64,000 nucleotides of DNA from NCBI GenBank assembly GCA_905331295.1, contig CAJNYD010000056.1:1-64000 (forward strand), read 5' to 3'. The DNA is from Rotaria socialis (taxonomy: Eukaryota). A program made the position numbers and the translations under genes. A model generated the notes under the pieces. That model saw only the letters and a program-made list of their open reading frames with translations, ran no database searches and was not told the DNA's origin. This document shows positions 1-12,726 of the stretch, one piece after another; the stretch's first letter is position 1; the number at the start of each line of letters is the position of its first letter.

Positions 1-355
1 GAAGATTGAGGATACATTGAACTACCGTGAAGAAAACTTCGACACATTCGTCGTGACCAATTTAGGTCACGACCGGTCACGACGTTTTCTGGTCATGCGA
101 CGAATATACCGCAGTTTTCTCCGCTGAAGATGAACGTATCCTGAATCTTCTTGTATCATTTTGAAGAGCTTAAAATTCTGAACACAAAACATCAATTAGA
201 ATTATTTTTCCACAACCACCGTAGAAACTGTTATTGAATAATCTTTTATTGTGTTGGTCACGACGGATTGGTCACGCAGATCACTTATTGGTATGTAGGA
301 TAAACATACTAGAATAAAGAGAAAGCTAGTGGCCGAATAATTATTTGACACACTG
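1..355. mobile_element. Right part of a palindromic non-autonomous DNA element (Tc1/mariner-like end), truncated by window start
   Basis: 1-150 is an imperfect palindrome (GAAGATTGAGGATACATTGA vs revcomp of TGAACGTATCCTGAATCTTC) with repeated GGTCACGA motifs. The end reads CAGTGTGTCAAATAATTATTCGGCCAC on the minus strand. Confidence 0.4.
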
Positions 356-2477
356 TGTATAATATTTGAGTGCGTCTGAAAAACGTGACGTCAATTACTG
401 AGTGATTCTCTTTTCTTTTTTAGTCTATCATATTTCAATTGAATATTTTATTTGAATATTCGAGGATGTTGGGGTTCATCATTGTCTGTATCAATGAGTC
501 GTTTCTTTAAATTTGATACACGGTCAAATTGTTTTGAATAAAAACTAGGAAGACCACATCGAGAATAACAATTAAGAGAATAAATGTTACGAAAATAAAT
601 GTTTTAATTTGTTTTCGAAATAATGTATAACATTGATGATCAATGACTAAAATATACAAGACAGAAAAAATAAGTGCTTATACTAGATTCGGTTTGGCGT
701 TATACGAGATGGAGTATAATTTCTATTTTAAGATTGAGATTACAACGTGCAATTAAAATCATGGAAACCGAAAAATTGACTACCATGATCTATTGACGAA
801 CACATTGAATCTAGGCAAAAGATTTTTTCATTTATTGGATTTGATGTTTATATTTGAATTATAAGTTTAAACAATAGCTTTTATAGAGGAATAAAATTCA
901 TTCACAATGATATTTTTTTAGTAAGAATCAATAGAAATTATAAAGTATTTTTCAGTTGAATTTGGAAAACTTTAAACATATATATCTTATACACCAAAAA
1001 TATAAGCTATTTTTTATTTTATTGGAAATTTTAACATGATCGTCATATTAATTATCAAAAACCAGTATGTACACTTTTTATTGAATTCTTTATAGTATAT
1101 TTATGGATCATTTTCTAAATTTGTTTTTAAAACTTTTCAGGTTCAGTGTTTTATCTAGGTTTCGCTTGCTGGGTGGACGGTTGAAGCTTTTGGAGGAGCT
1201 GCTGTCGAATAGTTGTTTAATTCGACTTCGAATATATAAAACAGTATTTAGGAAAAAACAACTTTCATGTTTTTATAGCTAGAAAGAAAGACATTTTTTC
1301 TATACTGCCTTCACCTCCTTTCGATAGCAACACAACTCACACGGTAAACTTCGTGTAAAATATTTATTTGTTCAAAGGGACACTCATGTTGATTAGTAGA
1401 AAAAGCAATAGATTTAGTTTCGCAATTTATGAATCCATAAATGAGAATAGCTACCTGTTTTCTATTTCTGCTCTTTAACAGAGTTGCGTCGTTTAGTAAA
1501 GTTTTTCTTTTACTATTTGTACTCTTTCGAAATGGAAGCAATTTATTTTCATTTATTTTCGAACTGGAAATAGTTACTCAATTCTTGATTTATATTCGAA
1601 GTTTAATTAGACATCTCATGAAGAAGAAAGAAGGCAAAAATAGAGAAAATTGGATGAAAATAAAACGTACTATCAGAAGATCAATAGACGACCGATGGAC
1701 GTATCTTTGATTAAGGCTGGAATCTGCGTTATTCATTGAATTACCGGCCAGTTCTAGATTTATCCACGCGGTAATCAGCAATGTGTGTATCTACCACATT
1801 CTCAAGTGATAAGCATTTGTAGAATGTGTTTGTATTTATGAATATTAAAGAAAACGGTGTCTTTTTTATTACTGATAAAAAGCATGTTCGATCCATGAGG
1901 TGTCGCTCAATGGTAGTAATGGTTGCAGTGCTTAGATACCATTAGTGTTTTATTGTCTCTATATGACAAATACCAATCAGAGTCTTTCTTTCATTCACGA
2001 TTCGTGAATCATGAATCTGAATCTTTATTTCAATGAGTCATAATCAGGGAGGAAGAACATTCTGCTTATCAGAAGTAAACGAAACAGTTATTGTCGAGAA
2101 TAAGTTTGCGTTTGATTCAAATGAAACAATATTAATTAATCAAATTCATTCTTTTTTCCAACACTTCATTAAGCAGTATTTCTAATCAATTTGATCATTA
2201 GTGGCCATCTAATTGTTCAATAATTTGTATGCATGCATCATCATAAAATTGACACATTTTCTTGCTTTCAAAAGATATATGTCAAGAATTAATTGTAGTT
2301 GAGATTTAAATTGATTCTAGAGGTTTTTCTTTTTGGATATAATTATTCAACTTTGCTAAGAAGTTTTTAGCAACAGTCCATATCATTATTGTCCATTATG
2401 TTTTGAACATTTCAGTTTATTATCGATAAACCGATCAATCTTACCTATCCAAATTAGTAATCCAGTGCGTAGATTCG

Positions 2478-3481
2478 ATGAATTGCTTCGAACATCTTTC
2501 TAACGAACTGTTGTTGGATATTTTCGAATTCATAAATCCTCGGCATTTATTTTATCATTTTTGGAATATCAATTCACGTTTAAACAATCTGCTTCTCTCA
2601 ATTAAACACCTACGACTTGTTATTGATGAAACAGAAAGCCACGAACTAATCAGTGCACTAGCTCCTCATGCAGGTCTTTTAACGGTAAACACATGGGATG
2701 ATATTGATTTACATAAATTTCGTAACTTATATTCATTAAAATTGGCTCGACCAACACAAATACAATTAAAACAAATTCGAGCTGATACCATGCCAAATTT
2801 GACATATCTTTTATTATCACCAAATGTATACTTCTCTGCTCCTNATTGATGAAACAGAAAGCCACGAACTAATCAGTGCACTAGCTCCTCATGCAGGTCT
2901 TTTAACGGTAAACACATGGGATGATATTGATTTACATAAATTTCGTAACTTATATTCATTAAAATTGGCTCGACCAACACAAATACAATTAAAACAAATT
3001 CGAGCTGATACCATGCCAAATTTGACATATCTTTCATTATCACCAAATGTATATTTCTCTGCTCCTAAACAACTTATCAGTGATGCATTTTCAGGGGAAT
3101 TTCGTCATCTTCGTTGGGCTCGATTCGGTCATATCGATTCTTACGATCCTCTATGCCGCTTTCAATCATTGTCTCTTCGTTATCTTCATATCGGTTGTTA
3201 TCATACAACTCTAATTCCTTTTGTTCTAGCGACATGTCCAAATTTGCAGCAACTCAATGTTGATTGTTTGCGTTCTGGAGACAAAACCATGTATTCACCA
3301 GCAATGATTGATAATCATCTGCTTCAACAAATCATCGGACCGATTTGATTGTCATATAACAGAGTGTCCAATCGATTCAGCAAGTTTAGTAGCTATTCAA
3401 CGAATTCACCCATGCTGTAGTCATATTACATGTCATACAATACGAGAGAAATTTCGAATATTTGATACACAAACCAAATAG
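2478..3481 (+). pseudogene. F-box/LRR-like gene, copy 1 (spans single-N join with ~222 bp redundancy; frameshifted C-terminus)
   Basis: N-terminal F-box-like FEHLSNELLLDIFEFI, then LRR-like repeats. 2622-2843 is repeated at 2845-3066 after the N at 2844. The ORF stops at 3348, but another frame (3341-3481, RFDCHITECP...FRIFDTQTK*) looks like the natural C-terminus. Confidence 0.6.
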
Positions 3482-5123
3482 ATTTTTTTTCTTAATCGAG
3501 AATATCTTGCCATTTTCTAATGGTAACGTTAATTTATCTTAGAAACGAACTACTACATTTTAGGCTCGTTTCTCTGTTCAGTTTCTATTAATAAATATTC
3601 AAATTATTAACCAAAGATTTTAGACAGTCTAATATACATAAATTCATTCACATATTGAGTGAAATTGTTGAAAAGACCTGGATGTAAGTTTAAATTAAAA
3701 AACAGCTGTATATCCCAAACATTTTCTACTATCTTTATACTGTATTTTTTTTTATTAAATTATGAATAGAGTCCGATAGTCTTGCCCGACAAACGTAAAT
3801 CTCTTTTACTGAATAATAGTAAAAAATGTTCAGTCTTTCAATTGTTTATAAACGCTTGCAGGAAGAACACTTAAATTGTCCAATTTATTCAAAATCCAAT
3901 CGGTGATCCAAGCAGGCATCATAGAGACTGGGGAAAAGATGAAACTTGATTGCCAACCTGGTCGATAACGAATACTAGGTTTTGTATTGATAATAGCATG
4001 CTGAAGTGCTCGTACCACTTTCATTGGATTTTCAGCATATTTAATTAATAGACTGGTTGCTTTTTTGCTCAATTTTTCTTTAACAAAATCTTCACCCCAT
4101 CTCATTTGTACATCTTTTGATAGTGATGACCAGAGATCTTCAAATGAGATAGATGTTGATTCGAGGATTGGCGTACGCATAAATCCTGGTTCAATAATAC
4201 TAACACGTAAACCCCATGGAGCCATTTCTCGACGAAGACAATCCGAAAATGATTCTAAAGCATATTTTGACGCTGAATAAGCCGATAGACATGGTGGTGC
4301 TAAAAATCCAGCTACTGAACAAATATTAATAACGCGTGAATCACGTTTACTAATTAATAAAGGTAGGAGTTTTTTTGTCATTGCCACATGTCCAAAAAAG
4401 TTTACATCCATTGTTTTACGTAAGAATTCTGATGTATTCCAATCAATATAACCGCTGATAGCGATCCCTGCATTATTAACAAGTGCATGTAGTGTATTTG
4501 TTTTCTTCTCGACCAATGCATAAACAGAATTAATATCTTCATCTTTTGTTATATCAAGACGAAAAACAGTAGCATTTGATGAAAGTTCATTTTTAAGTGA
4601 AATTATATTATCATTAACATAAACACCAGCTAATACATTAAAACCTTGTTTATCAAGTTCAATAGCTAATGCATGACCAAATCCTGTATCGCAACCACTA
4701 ATAAGAACATATTTATCCTTTGGATTAATATCTGGCGATGGAAAGAAATGTTTATATAAATAATAGGCCACATAAAGTAAAATCACTAAACTTAATGTGC
4801 AACACATCGTCTGTCTTATGCCACTACTATCACGATGACTACTTATTTTTCTTCTTCTTCTGCTATCAATTGAGATCCTTGATCGAAAGAATGAGAGGAA
4901 TAGAATGAAAAAAATAAAAATTGTAGAACGAAAAACACATGTTAATTAAAAGAAATCGATCGACCGTGTTTTTGTTATTTTTCTTTATTTTTATCGGTGA
5001 TAAGAATATACTTCAGAATCAAGCGAAAATATCGTCTACCACTAGGTCCTATGTTGTATCGTATGATTTCTTGCGTTTATTCATTCTAATTACTAAAAGA
5101 AATGTTAAAAATAATATAGATTT
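2581..5123 (+). repeat. Segmental duplication copy 1 (partner ~11701-15047)
   Basis: Direct repeat; homology starts at TAAACAATCTGCTTCTC (2581/11701) and ends near ATAATATAGATTT (5123/15047). Confidence 0.93.
3830..4807 (-). CDS. Short-chain dehydrogenase/reductase, SDR9C-type (retinol DH/17-beta-HSD6/BDH1-like), copy 1
   Basis: Intronless 325 aa ORF with N-terminal hydrophobic anchor, SGCDTGFG, NNAG, catalytic YSASK and LRREM.PWG.RVSIIEPG motifs. Confidence 0.92.
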   Translation of the reverse strand: MCCTLSLVILLYVAYYLYKHFFPSPDINPKDKYVLISGCDTGFGHALAIELDKQGFNVLAGVYVNDNIISLKNELSSNATVFRLDITKDEDINSVYALVEKKTNTLHALVNNAGIAISGYIDWNTSEFLRKTMDVNFFGHVAMTKKLLPLLISKRDSRVINICSVAGFLAPPCLSAYSASKYALESFSDCLRREMAPWGLRVSIIEPGFMRTPILESTSISFEDLWSSLSKDVQMRWGEDFVKEKLSKKATSLLIKYAENPMKVVRALQHAIINTKPSIRYRPGWQSSFIFSPVSMMPAWITDWILNKLDNLSVLPASVYKQLKD

Positions 5124-5127
5124 CATG

Positions 5128-5512
5128 GGTTGCCTAATTCGAATACGAAAATAAATGGATATTCAACTACATGGCATCAATTTGTAAATAAGTGATAGAC
5201 ATAGATTTAGTTTTAGATTTAGATTTACTTTAAGATGGGGTGGGGTGAGGAAGACTAAGCGGTAACTGTGCGTGGTGGTGAGAGTGATGGGTATCAAAAA
5301 TGGGTGCGTGGGTACTCGGAACTTCATATGTGGGTGTGAGTGATGGGTACCATGTAGGGGTGCTCAAATGTGGATGTTGTTGTAGGGTTATATATGTGTT
5401 CATACGTCGTATATATCGGAGAGTTAAACTCAAAACTAAATCTATTCCTAGATTTATCTAGTAGTTTTTCTTTTTCTTTTCTCCATTTATGTTCGAACTC
5501 GAATTAGGCAGC
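5128..5512. mobile_element. MITE-like element with ~31 bp TIRs containing a nested second TIR element (5196-5450)
   Basis: Outer IR GTTGCCTAATTCGAATACGAAAATAAATGGA / TCCATTTATGTTCGAACTCGAATTAGGCAGC; inner IR ATAGATTTAGTTTT / AAAACTAAATCTAT around a G/T-rich core. Confidence 0.6.
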
Positions 5513-6994
5513 TACTCTGAATAATGGTTTTTAAAGATTTCCTACCATTTCCACTGTTTTATTTTCATAAAATATTCAAGTCGAATGCCACAATCGTTTA
5601 CTGTCAAATTCTGTGTTCGTTTTTCATTTACAGTCGATTAAAATTTGATTCTTCTAAAAGAGTACTTGAATAATGAGTCATTAAAATTGGAATGATGTAA
5701 AATTGGAAAATTAGTTTCAAACTCATACAATTTTTCCGGTTTTAAATGCATAAAATGTGAATACGAACGATAAATAGATGATAAAACATGTAGCTGTATA
5801 TGATTCATTATTCACCGTTATTTATTTATACAAATCACATGATTGCATTCTACAGAAATATACGAAGTCAGTGTTTATTTTTTAATCCCATCGACACTGT
5901 AAACCATGACATTTGATGTGTGCCATTAACAGAATCGTTAAAGAGTAAGTGGAATAGGACTTGGAGCATTGTATCGTAAATTCTCTATTCCAATACTTTG
6001 AAAATAATCTTTGATCTTGTTCCACGTCAACTTAATAAATAATACAGTAACACATTCCATTAATACAATGCAAAGTGTCGAGAAAATCAATAAAATGATT
6101 ATTCTTGTTGTAAAATATAACTTTACAGATTGTGTATTAGATAATTGACCATATGATAAAATTTTGAAAACATCTTCGTATACGTTTGACCAAAGCGATG
6201 CAATTATGGAACCGAGCCACATGATAGCTACACCTAAAATATAAAAAGTGTAAGCATTGTGTTTCAATATCTTTACATAGGACAAAAGTAAAAATAAAGC
6301 ACAAACTACGAAGCAACCATTTTCATATGATATTAATGCGACTGCTCTACACGAGAAAACATCAAAGAGGTTGTGGTATCAAGTATTAAATAGGCACACA
6401 GAAAGCCTTATGCATGATGTTACATTTAGCGGAAAGCATACGACAGAAAAATCACCAATAGGAGAGGAAAGCATATCTCTCTTACTATGAAAACTTGCCA
6501 TTATTTTGTCTTTTTATAATGACTAGTGGTAGTTGTAAATTTGAACAGACCTATCATCAAAAACAAACGAAACACGTATAAATTCACATTAACTGATACT
6601 GCACAGAAAATCTTCAACTTTCCTGCGATAAACAAAAATGACATTTAAGCTTACTTCCTGCTATTGTTAACAAGTTCCAAATTCTCGATGTACTTGATGA
6701 AGGCGAAGTTGAACGATTTGACGACTCTAAAACACAAATGCAATATATACAGTCAACGTTCTTAATAACAACAGATATTTCGGGGGTATGACAAATATCA
6801 GTTTTGACTAAAGAACTTTAAATGTAAACATAGATTTTTTAGTATTTTTCAGTAGAAAAACGTTTTCTCTATCGAATAATGAAAAAAATCATTAACCGAT
6901 CTAGTAAATTAAATCGATAATTAGCGGTAGTAACTAAGAAATTGAATTTGTTCTTATTGCGAAGATTGGTCCGAATCCGGATAGCCTGAAAAAC

Positions 6995-8865
6995 TGTTCC
7001 TAATAAGAACAATCTATCTAAAATACACAGAAAATAAAATATTTTTAGTAGATGAATTTTTTTCTTATTTAAAATTGAAATTTTTGTTTTGAGTCCATCA
7101 CAAAAAATGTTCCTTGATGTATTGTTGATTTAACTCCGGCGGCTTAAGGCAAACATAGCTTTAATTTTCTATTAGTAACATCAATTTGAAATCACCTTAT
7201 TCACCATTAAGTCATAAACTACAATAACTCAATCGTAATTTTGTATTCTCCTTTATTTGGTCTATAGTTGTGAGACTTTTTTTCTTATTGAAATTTCCGT
7301 AACAAATTTCAATAATGTAGTCTTATCAGTCATAATACATATAAAGCTGATTAAAAAAGCGACATCTCCAAAGAAGGATAATGCAAAATCTAATTCTATG
7401 GAAAATGTTTGCATAGCAAATGAATCATGAATGACAGCTGTTTTATTATTCCTTGATTTTGGTATTGATGTATGTATGCATAAAAATCAGATAGAAACAT
7501 ACGTAAAAATGAACTTGAACAGAATTTTTCAAATTACGCGAAAAACGTAGTCTTGAATTTAAAATAATTTGTAATCTTTTTTTCTTTCTAAGACGTAGCA
7601 CATGCTTATACTTATGAGTTGAAAGAATACTCATTTTCACTGATTCGTACTCGAACTTTTTCAAGAACGATCACTGGATTAAAACCAAGAGACGATTTTC
7701 AAAAACTATTTTTATGAACAAGCATAGAACCAAAACTATTTTCTAAAGCCACCTTCATGCCGAAAATATCTTTTACTATAAGCCAGCAAATACCCAGGTC
7801 GAAGAGTATGCGCCGGTTCCGACGGTATCCGTTCTCCGGAATCATTGACATGATAGACGAAACAATTTTAATTATTTTTGACCAAAAGACAATTCAATAC
7901 CAATAAACTGCTGAGTTTGAACACAACATCAGCTCAATTTCGGAACGACTTAGATTAACGATCTAGTATCAGTTGCTCATTCTCATGTTTCTTAATTAAA
8001 TTTTTCTTTTTAAATCTTTTCAAAACTATAGTTTTAAACAAAATGGTGATATTCACTCTTTCTTATATAACTTTGAATAATGACCATAACGCTTAATACA
8101 AACGTCTTGTATTGATAATACTACTGATAAACATAAGCAGATAAACTTTGAGGAAGAAAAGAAAAATGAAACAAAACATTCCTGCTGACACAGAACAGTT
8201 ATTCGTTTTTCTTGTCATGCACAAAAATCTAAATAATTTCTTCAAGTTTATTGCAAAACAAAAAGAAAAAAGCTGAAGGAACACTATAAATTGCTTTATT
8301 TCAAAAATCAGACGCTCGACCACCAGATTAATCGATAATTTCATACAGATTACAAACTCAATGGCTATATTCCGTGTCAAAAAAATGCATGAAAGAAATT
8401 AGCTTGTTACAAAATAATGCATGCAGAGCAATACGAACGTAAACGGGTACAACTTTGTTTTCATAGAATTAAATTTTGCATAATTCTTCTTAGAAGATAT
8501 CGCTTTTTAGTCAATTTCATATGTATTATGACTGATCAGACTACATTATTGAAATTCGTTACGGAAATTTCAATAAGAAAAAAAGTCGCAGAACTGTAGA
8601 ACAAATAAACGAGAATATAAAATAACGATTGAGTTATTGTAGCTTATGACTTAATGGCAAATAATATGATTTCAAATTGATGTTACTAATAGAAAATTAA
8701 ACTTCTGTTTGGTTTCAACCGCTGGAGTTAAATGAACAATACATCAAGGATCATTTTTGTGACGGACTCAAAAGAAAAATTTCAATTTTAAATAAGAAAA
8801 AAATTCATCTACTAAAATTATTTAATTTTCCGCGTATTTTAGATAGATTGTTCTTATTAGGAACA
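6995..8865. mobile_element. Foldback-type element with ~410 bp imperfect terminal inverted repeats
   Basis: 6995-~7405 (TGTTCCTAATAAGAACAATCTATCTAAAATAC...) is the reverse complement of ~8458-8865 (...GTATTTTAGATAGATTGTTCTTATTAGGAACA). No transposase ORF or clear TSD. Confidence 0.85.
7793..7853. mobile_element. Small degenerate TA-flanked MITE-like insert (CCCAGGTCGA...TTGACATGA)
   Basis: GC-rich island in AT-rich context with imperfect terminal IR and TA on both sides; termini resemble the 22605-22738 element. Confidence 0.35.
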
Positions 8866-9482
8866 TTGACTATATCACAGTGGAATCTCTTGTTTCTTTT
8901 TTCTTACCATCACGATATACTAATTCATATACTACAGTAGGATCCCAATCAAATCTAAAATGACCACTTTCATCGCTTGGTATGCTAAAACGACAGAAAG
9001 TATTTTTCCAGAGTGTCGCCTATATTAGATTTAAAAAAACAGACCTGATATACTGATTAAGCTCGTTGTCTTGAAAAATGATAGTGGTTGCACCAGGAAA
9101 TGTTCTTTTAAAATAATCCATTCTAAGAACATTATCTGGTCCAATAAGCAGCCGCACTACTCGTTTGTTTCTTTTATCGTTGATGCAGACGTAGTTCATA
9201 CCGTAAAATTTACTCTAAACACAACACAGATTGATTGATAAAGAAAATGTACAAATGTCATCAATAAACTTGCTGAAAAAACAAAATCTTCAGATGTTGT
9301 TGTTTTGATTCAGCAGAGCTAATCTAAGAACAAGTGCAGGTGCAACAGGCAACACAAATATTATTCTGAAAATATTTAATTAAATAAAAAACGAAATTGA
9401 AAAGAAAATGCTTGTTTTTCTAATCGATGAAATTACTCAGAACAAAGAACCGGATCCATCGGACACACTCGAAATTCTATTG

Positions 9483-9483
<1 letters not shown>

Positions 9484-9517
<34 letters not shown>
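9484..9517. repeat. (CA)n(TA)n microsatellite
   Basis: Dinucleotide run visible directly. Confidence 0.9.
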
Positions 9518-11700
9518 GTAAATAACACATATGTGAATCTCTCCTTTATAATATCATTCCATCTGTTTCTATACGCACCAACATTCAAATGCGTGTTGCT
9601 GACTTAATTAAAGTTTCTTTAACTTTCTTAGTATATTCCGTGACTGAATAATGAATTTCAGATAGGGATGATAAATAAGATAGTATTTGAGATATATTTT
9701 TAACAATTTACAACAAAAATATACAATAATACTAACACAGTGGCAGAAAAAAACGAAGTCAAATGCAATAAAACAAGCATAAAATTATAGTAAACAAGAG
9801 GAGTAAAATAAATGAAAATCTAAAACAACATAAATTGAACTAAGTAATTTCTATTTACTATTCGTTCATTTGACTAGCTGTCATACTCATCTGCAAGTCA
9901 CTTTAGGACAGTGAAAATTTGACTCTGGCCAGTGGAAAACGAATTTTTGGCGTCATAAAAATATAACAAATATACTTCGCGCGTTGCTTGTTGATCACAA
10001 AAAGCAAAACTAGACACTCTCATATTGTCGAATTCCATAGGAACCGAGAAGTTAACCTTTTGTTTTGTATGTTCTAATGTATATTTGTATTAGAAAAGTT
10101 GATTTATTCGACACTGCACATCAATGTTTGCTGGTGAAGGTGTCAGGGAGTGACAGTGTCATAGTATTCCTGATAAGGACATTGCTGTCAGCCAACGAAC
10201 AAAGATTGTCAATACAAAAATGGTAATTCTTTTGTGTAAATGATTGATTAATTATTTTGACCCAATGAAAATTGATGACGAGAAAGATTTCTGCTACTCA
10301 TTCGGATATTAGAGCCATCTACCGATACTATACTATAATGTTGAAACTCAAGAAAATGTTGTTGCAACATAAACATAAAGCATTTAGTCTAGTGATTTAT
10401 GTAAAGGATGACCAACTGTTTTAATTCATTGGGACTGAAAATGAGGGGCTGAAAAATTTACGGGAAATTAAGTAAAGCAATTAATGTCATGAATAATAAA
10501 AATGTTCGAAGTAGAATAAGATCAGAAAAACTTGGCGTATGTCATAATTTTGCAATTTGAATAGGTCATGAAAGTAATCTTTAAAATGATTATTGGTTGT
10601 TTTATTTTCAATGCAGTTGATTTTTGAAAGTCACTATTATTTAAATTTGTTATTTCATACATAGAAACAATATTATTTTCTTTTGAATATTTTTCAGATG
10701 ATAATGGAGACATTTGAATAAGTTGTTGAACATTATTGTTTATCAAAGTTGTATCCATAGTTAATAGTAACAATTACTGATCTATTTTTTGTGAAAAGAA
10801 TGTAAATATTTTAAATTGCAACTGATTGACTTTTATGTATGTTTCTAGACATGTTGAAATAAATGAACCAAAAAACGAAAGACCAGAGCGAAAAGGTTAA
10901 TGATTAAAACTGTAATCTGAAAAATGTAAATTCTTTTAGATCATATTTATTGATAACCGACTATTTTTGATTTTTTTCTTATATTATTATTAAAGACATG
11001 AATGAGAACGTTGTGCAAATTTTTTTCTTTTGAAGGATCGTGGTATGACTTGATTTTATAGCACATTCGATTTAGACGACCAACGTCATTAACAAGTGTA
11101 AAAGGGCGTGCTTTTCTTTTTTAAATATTTTCATTTTTTTTGTAGTGAATTAAACAGCAACGATCCAATACAGCGTACACATCTTGCAACACCTTGTGAA
11201 GTTGGTATATAGTTGACAAATAGGAAAAACCTAGTTACCAAAACAACACCAACTAATGATAATAACTAAGTATAATAGAATAGATTTTTATGATTCCTTT
11301 TTTGGTTTATTGTAAGGAACTTGAAAAGAATTTTGCAGTGCATCGTCTAGATGAAAACATTTCTATCCGAGAATAAACAGGCAATTCTATCAATTTTTCT
11401 TTCTCTACTTATAACTTTTCATAAGAGGATATTATTATTTCTTGTCGTTGGAATATAATTATTCAATTTTGTAGAAATAAATTCATATTTTGAGGAACAT
11501 TCTAATGAAAACTGAGAACGATAATGTAATATGTGGAACTTTAAAATGCTCAATCAACAATAGAAAGCTACAGCTTAAAATAACTCTTCAAGCTTTTATT
11601 TCGGATGAAATGAAACAAAATTGAAAGTGTCATTTTTTTAACTTAATTTAAATATAGGAAGGAACATACACTTTGGCTTATGCATTATTTGAAAACACCC

Positions 11701-12378
11701 TAAACAATCTGCTTCTCTCAATTAAACATCGTCGACTTATCATTGATGAAACAGAAAGCCACGAACTAATCAGTGCACTAGCTCCTCATGCAGGTCTTTT
11801 AACGGTAAACACATGGGATGATATTGATTTACATAAATTTCGTAACTTATATTCATTAAAATTGGCTCGACCAACACAAATACAATTAAAACAAATTCGA
11901 GCTGATACCATGCCAAATTTGACATATCTTTCATTATCACCAAATGTATATTTCTCTGCTCCTAAACAACTTATCAGTGATGCATTTTCAGGGGAATTTC
12001 GTCATCTTCGTTGGGCTCGATTCGGTCATATCGATTCTTACGATCCTCTATGCCGCTTTCAATCATTGTCTCTTCGTTATCTTCATATCGGTTGTTATCA
12101 TACAACTCTAATTCCTTTTGTTCTAGCGACATGTCCAAATTTGCAGCAACTCAATGTTGATTGTTTGCGTTCTGGAGACAAAACCATGTATTCACCAGCA
12201 ATGATTGATAATCATCTGCTTCAACAAATCATCGGACCGATTTGATTGTCATATAACAGAGTGTCCAATCGATTCAGCAAGTTTAGTAGCTATTCAACGA
12301 ATTCACCCATGCTGTAGTCATATTACATGTCATACAATACGAGAGAAATTTCGAATATTTGATACACAAACCAAATAG
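11701..12378 (+). pseudogene. F-box/LRR-like gene, copy 2, 5'-truncated (lacks the F-box start)
   Basis: Homology to copy 1 begins mid-gene at 11701; same frameshifted C-terminus. The ORF-track start at 11673 lies in unrelated flank. Confidence 0.75.
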
Positions 12379-12726
12379 ATTTTTTTTCTTAATCGAGAAT
12401 ATCTTGCCATTTTCTAATGGTAACGTTAATTTATCTTAGAAACGAACTACTACATTTTAGGCTCGTTTCTCTGTTCAGTTTCTATTAATAAATATTCAAA
12501 TTATTAACCAAAGATTTTAGACAGTCTAATATACATAAATTCATTCACATATTGAGTGAAATTGTTGAAAAGACCTGGATGTAAGTTTAAATTAAAAAAC
12601 AGCTGTATATCCCAAACATTTTCTACTATCTTTATACTGTATTTTTTTTTATTAAATTATGAATAGAGTCCGATAGTCTTGCCCGACAAACGTAAATCTC
12701 TTTTACTGAATAATAGTAAAAAATGT

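Larger units (their letters stand above)
5938..9199 (-). pseudogene. Five-exon gene: TDP-43 N-terminal-like domain + multi-pass membrane domain, one in-frame TAA
   Basis: Exons 9199-9045, 8984-8908, 6726-6655, 6598-6442, 6346-5938, all GT-AG with matching phases (~289 codons). N-terminus MNYVCIND...FPGATTIIF...DWDPTVVYELVYRD; TAA at 6503-6501. Confidence 0.6.
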
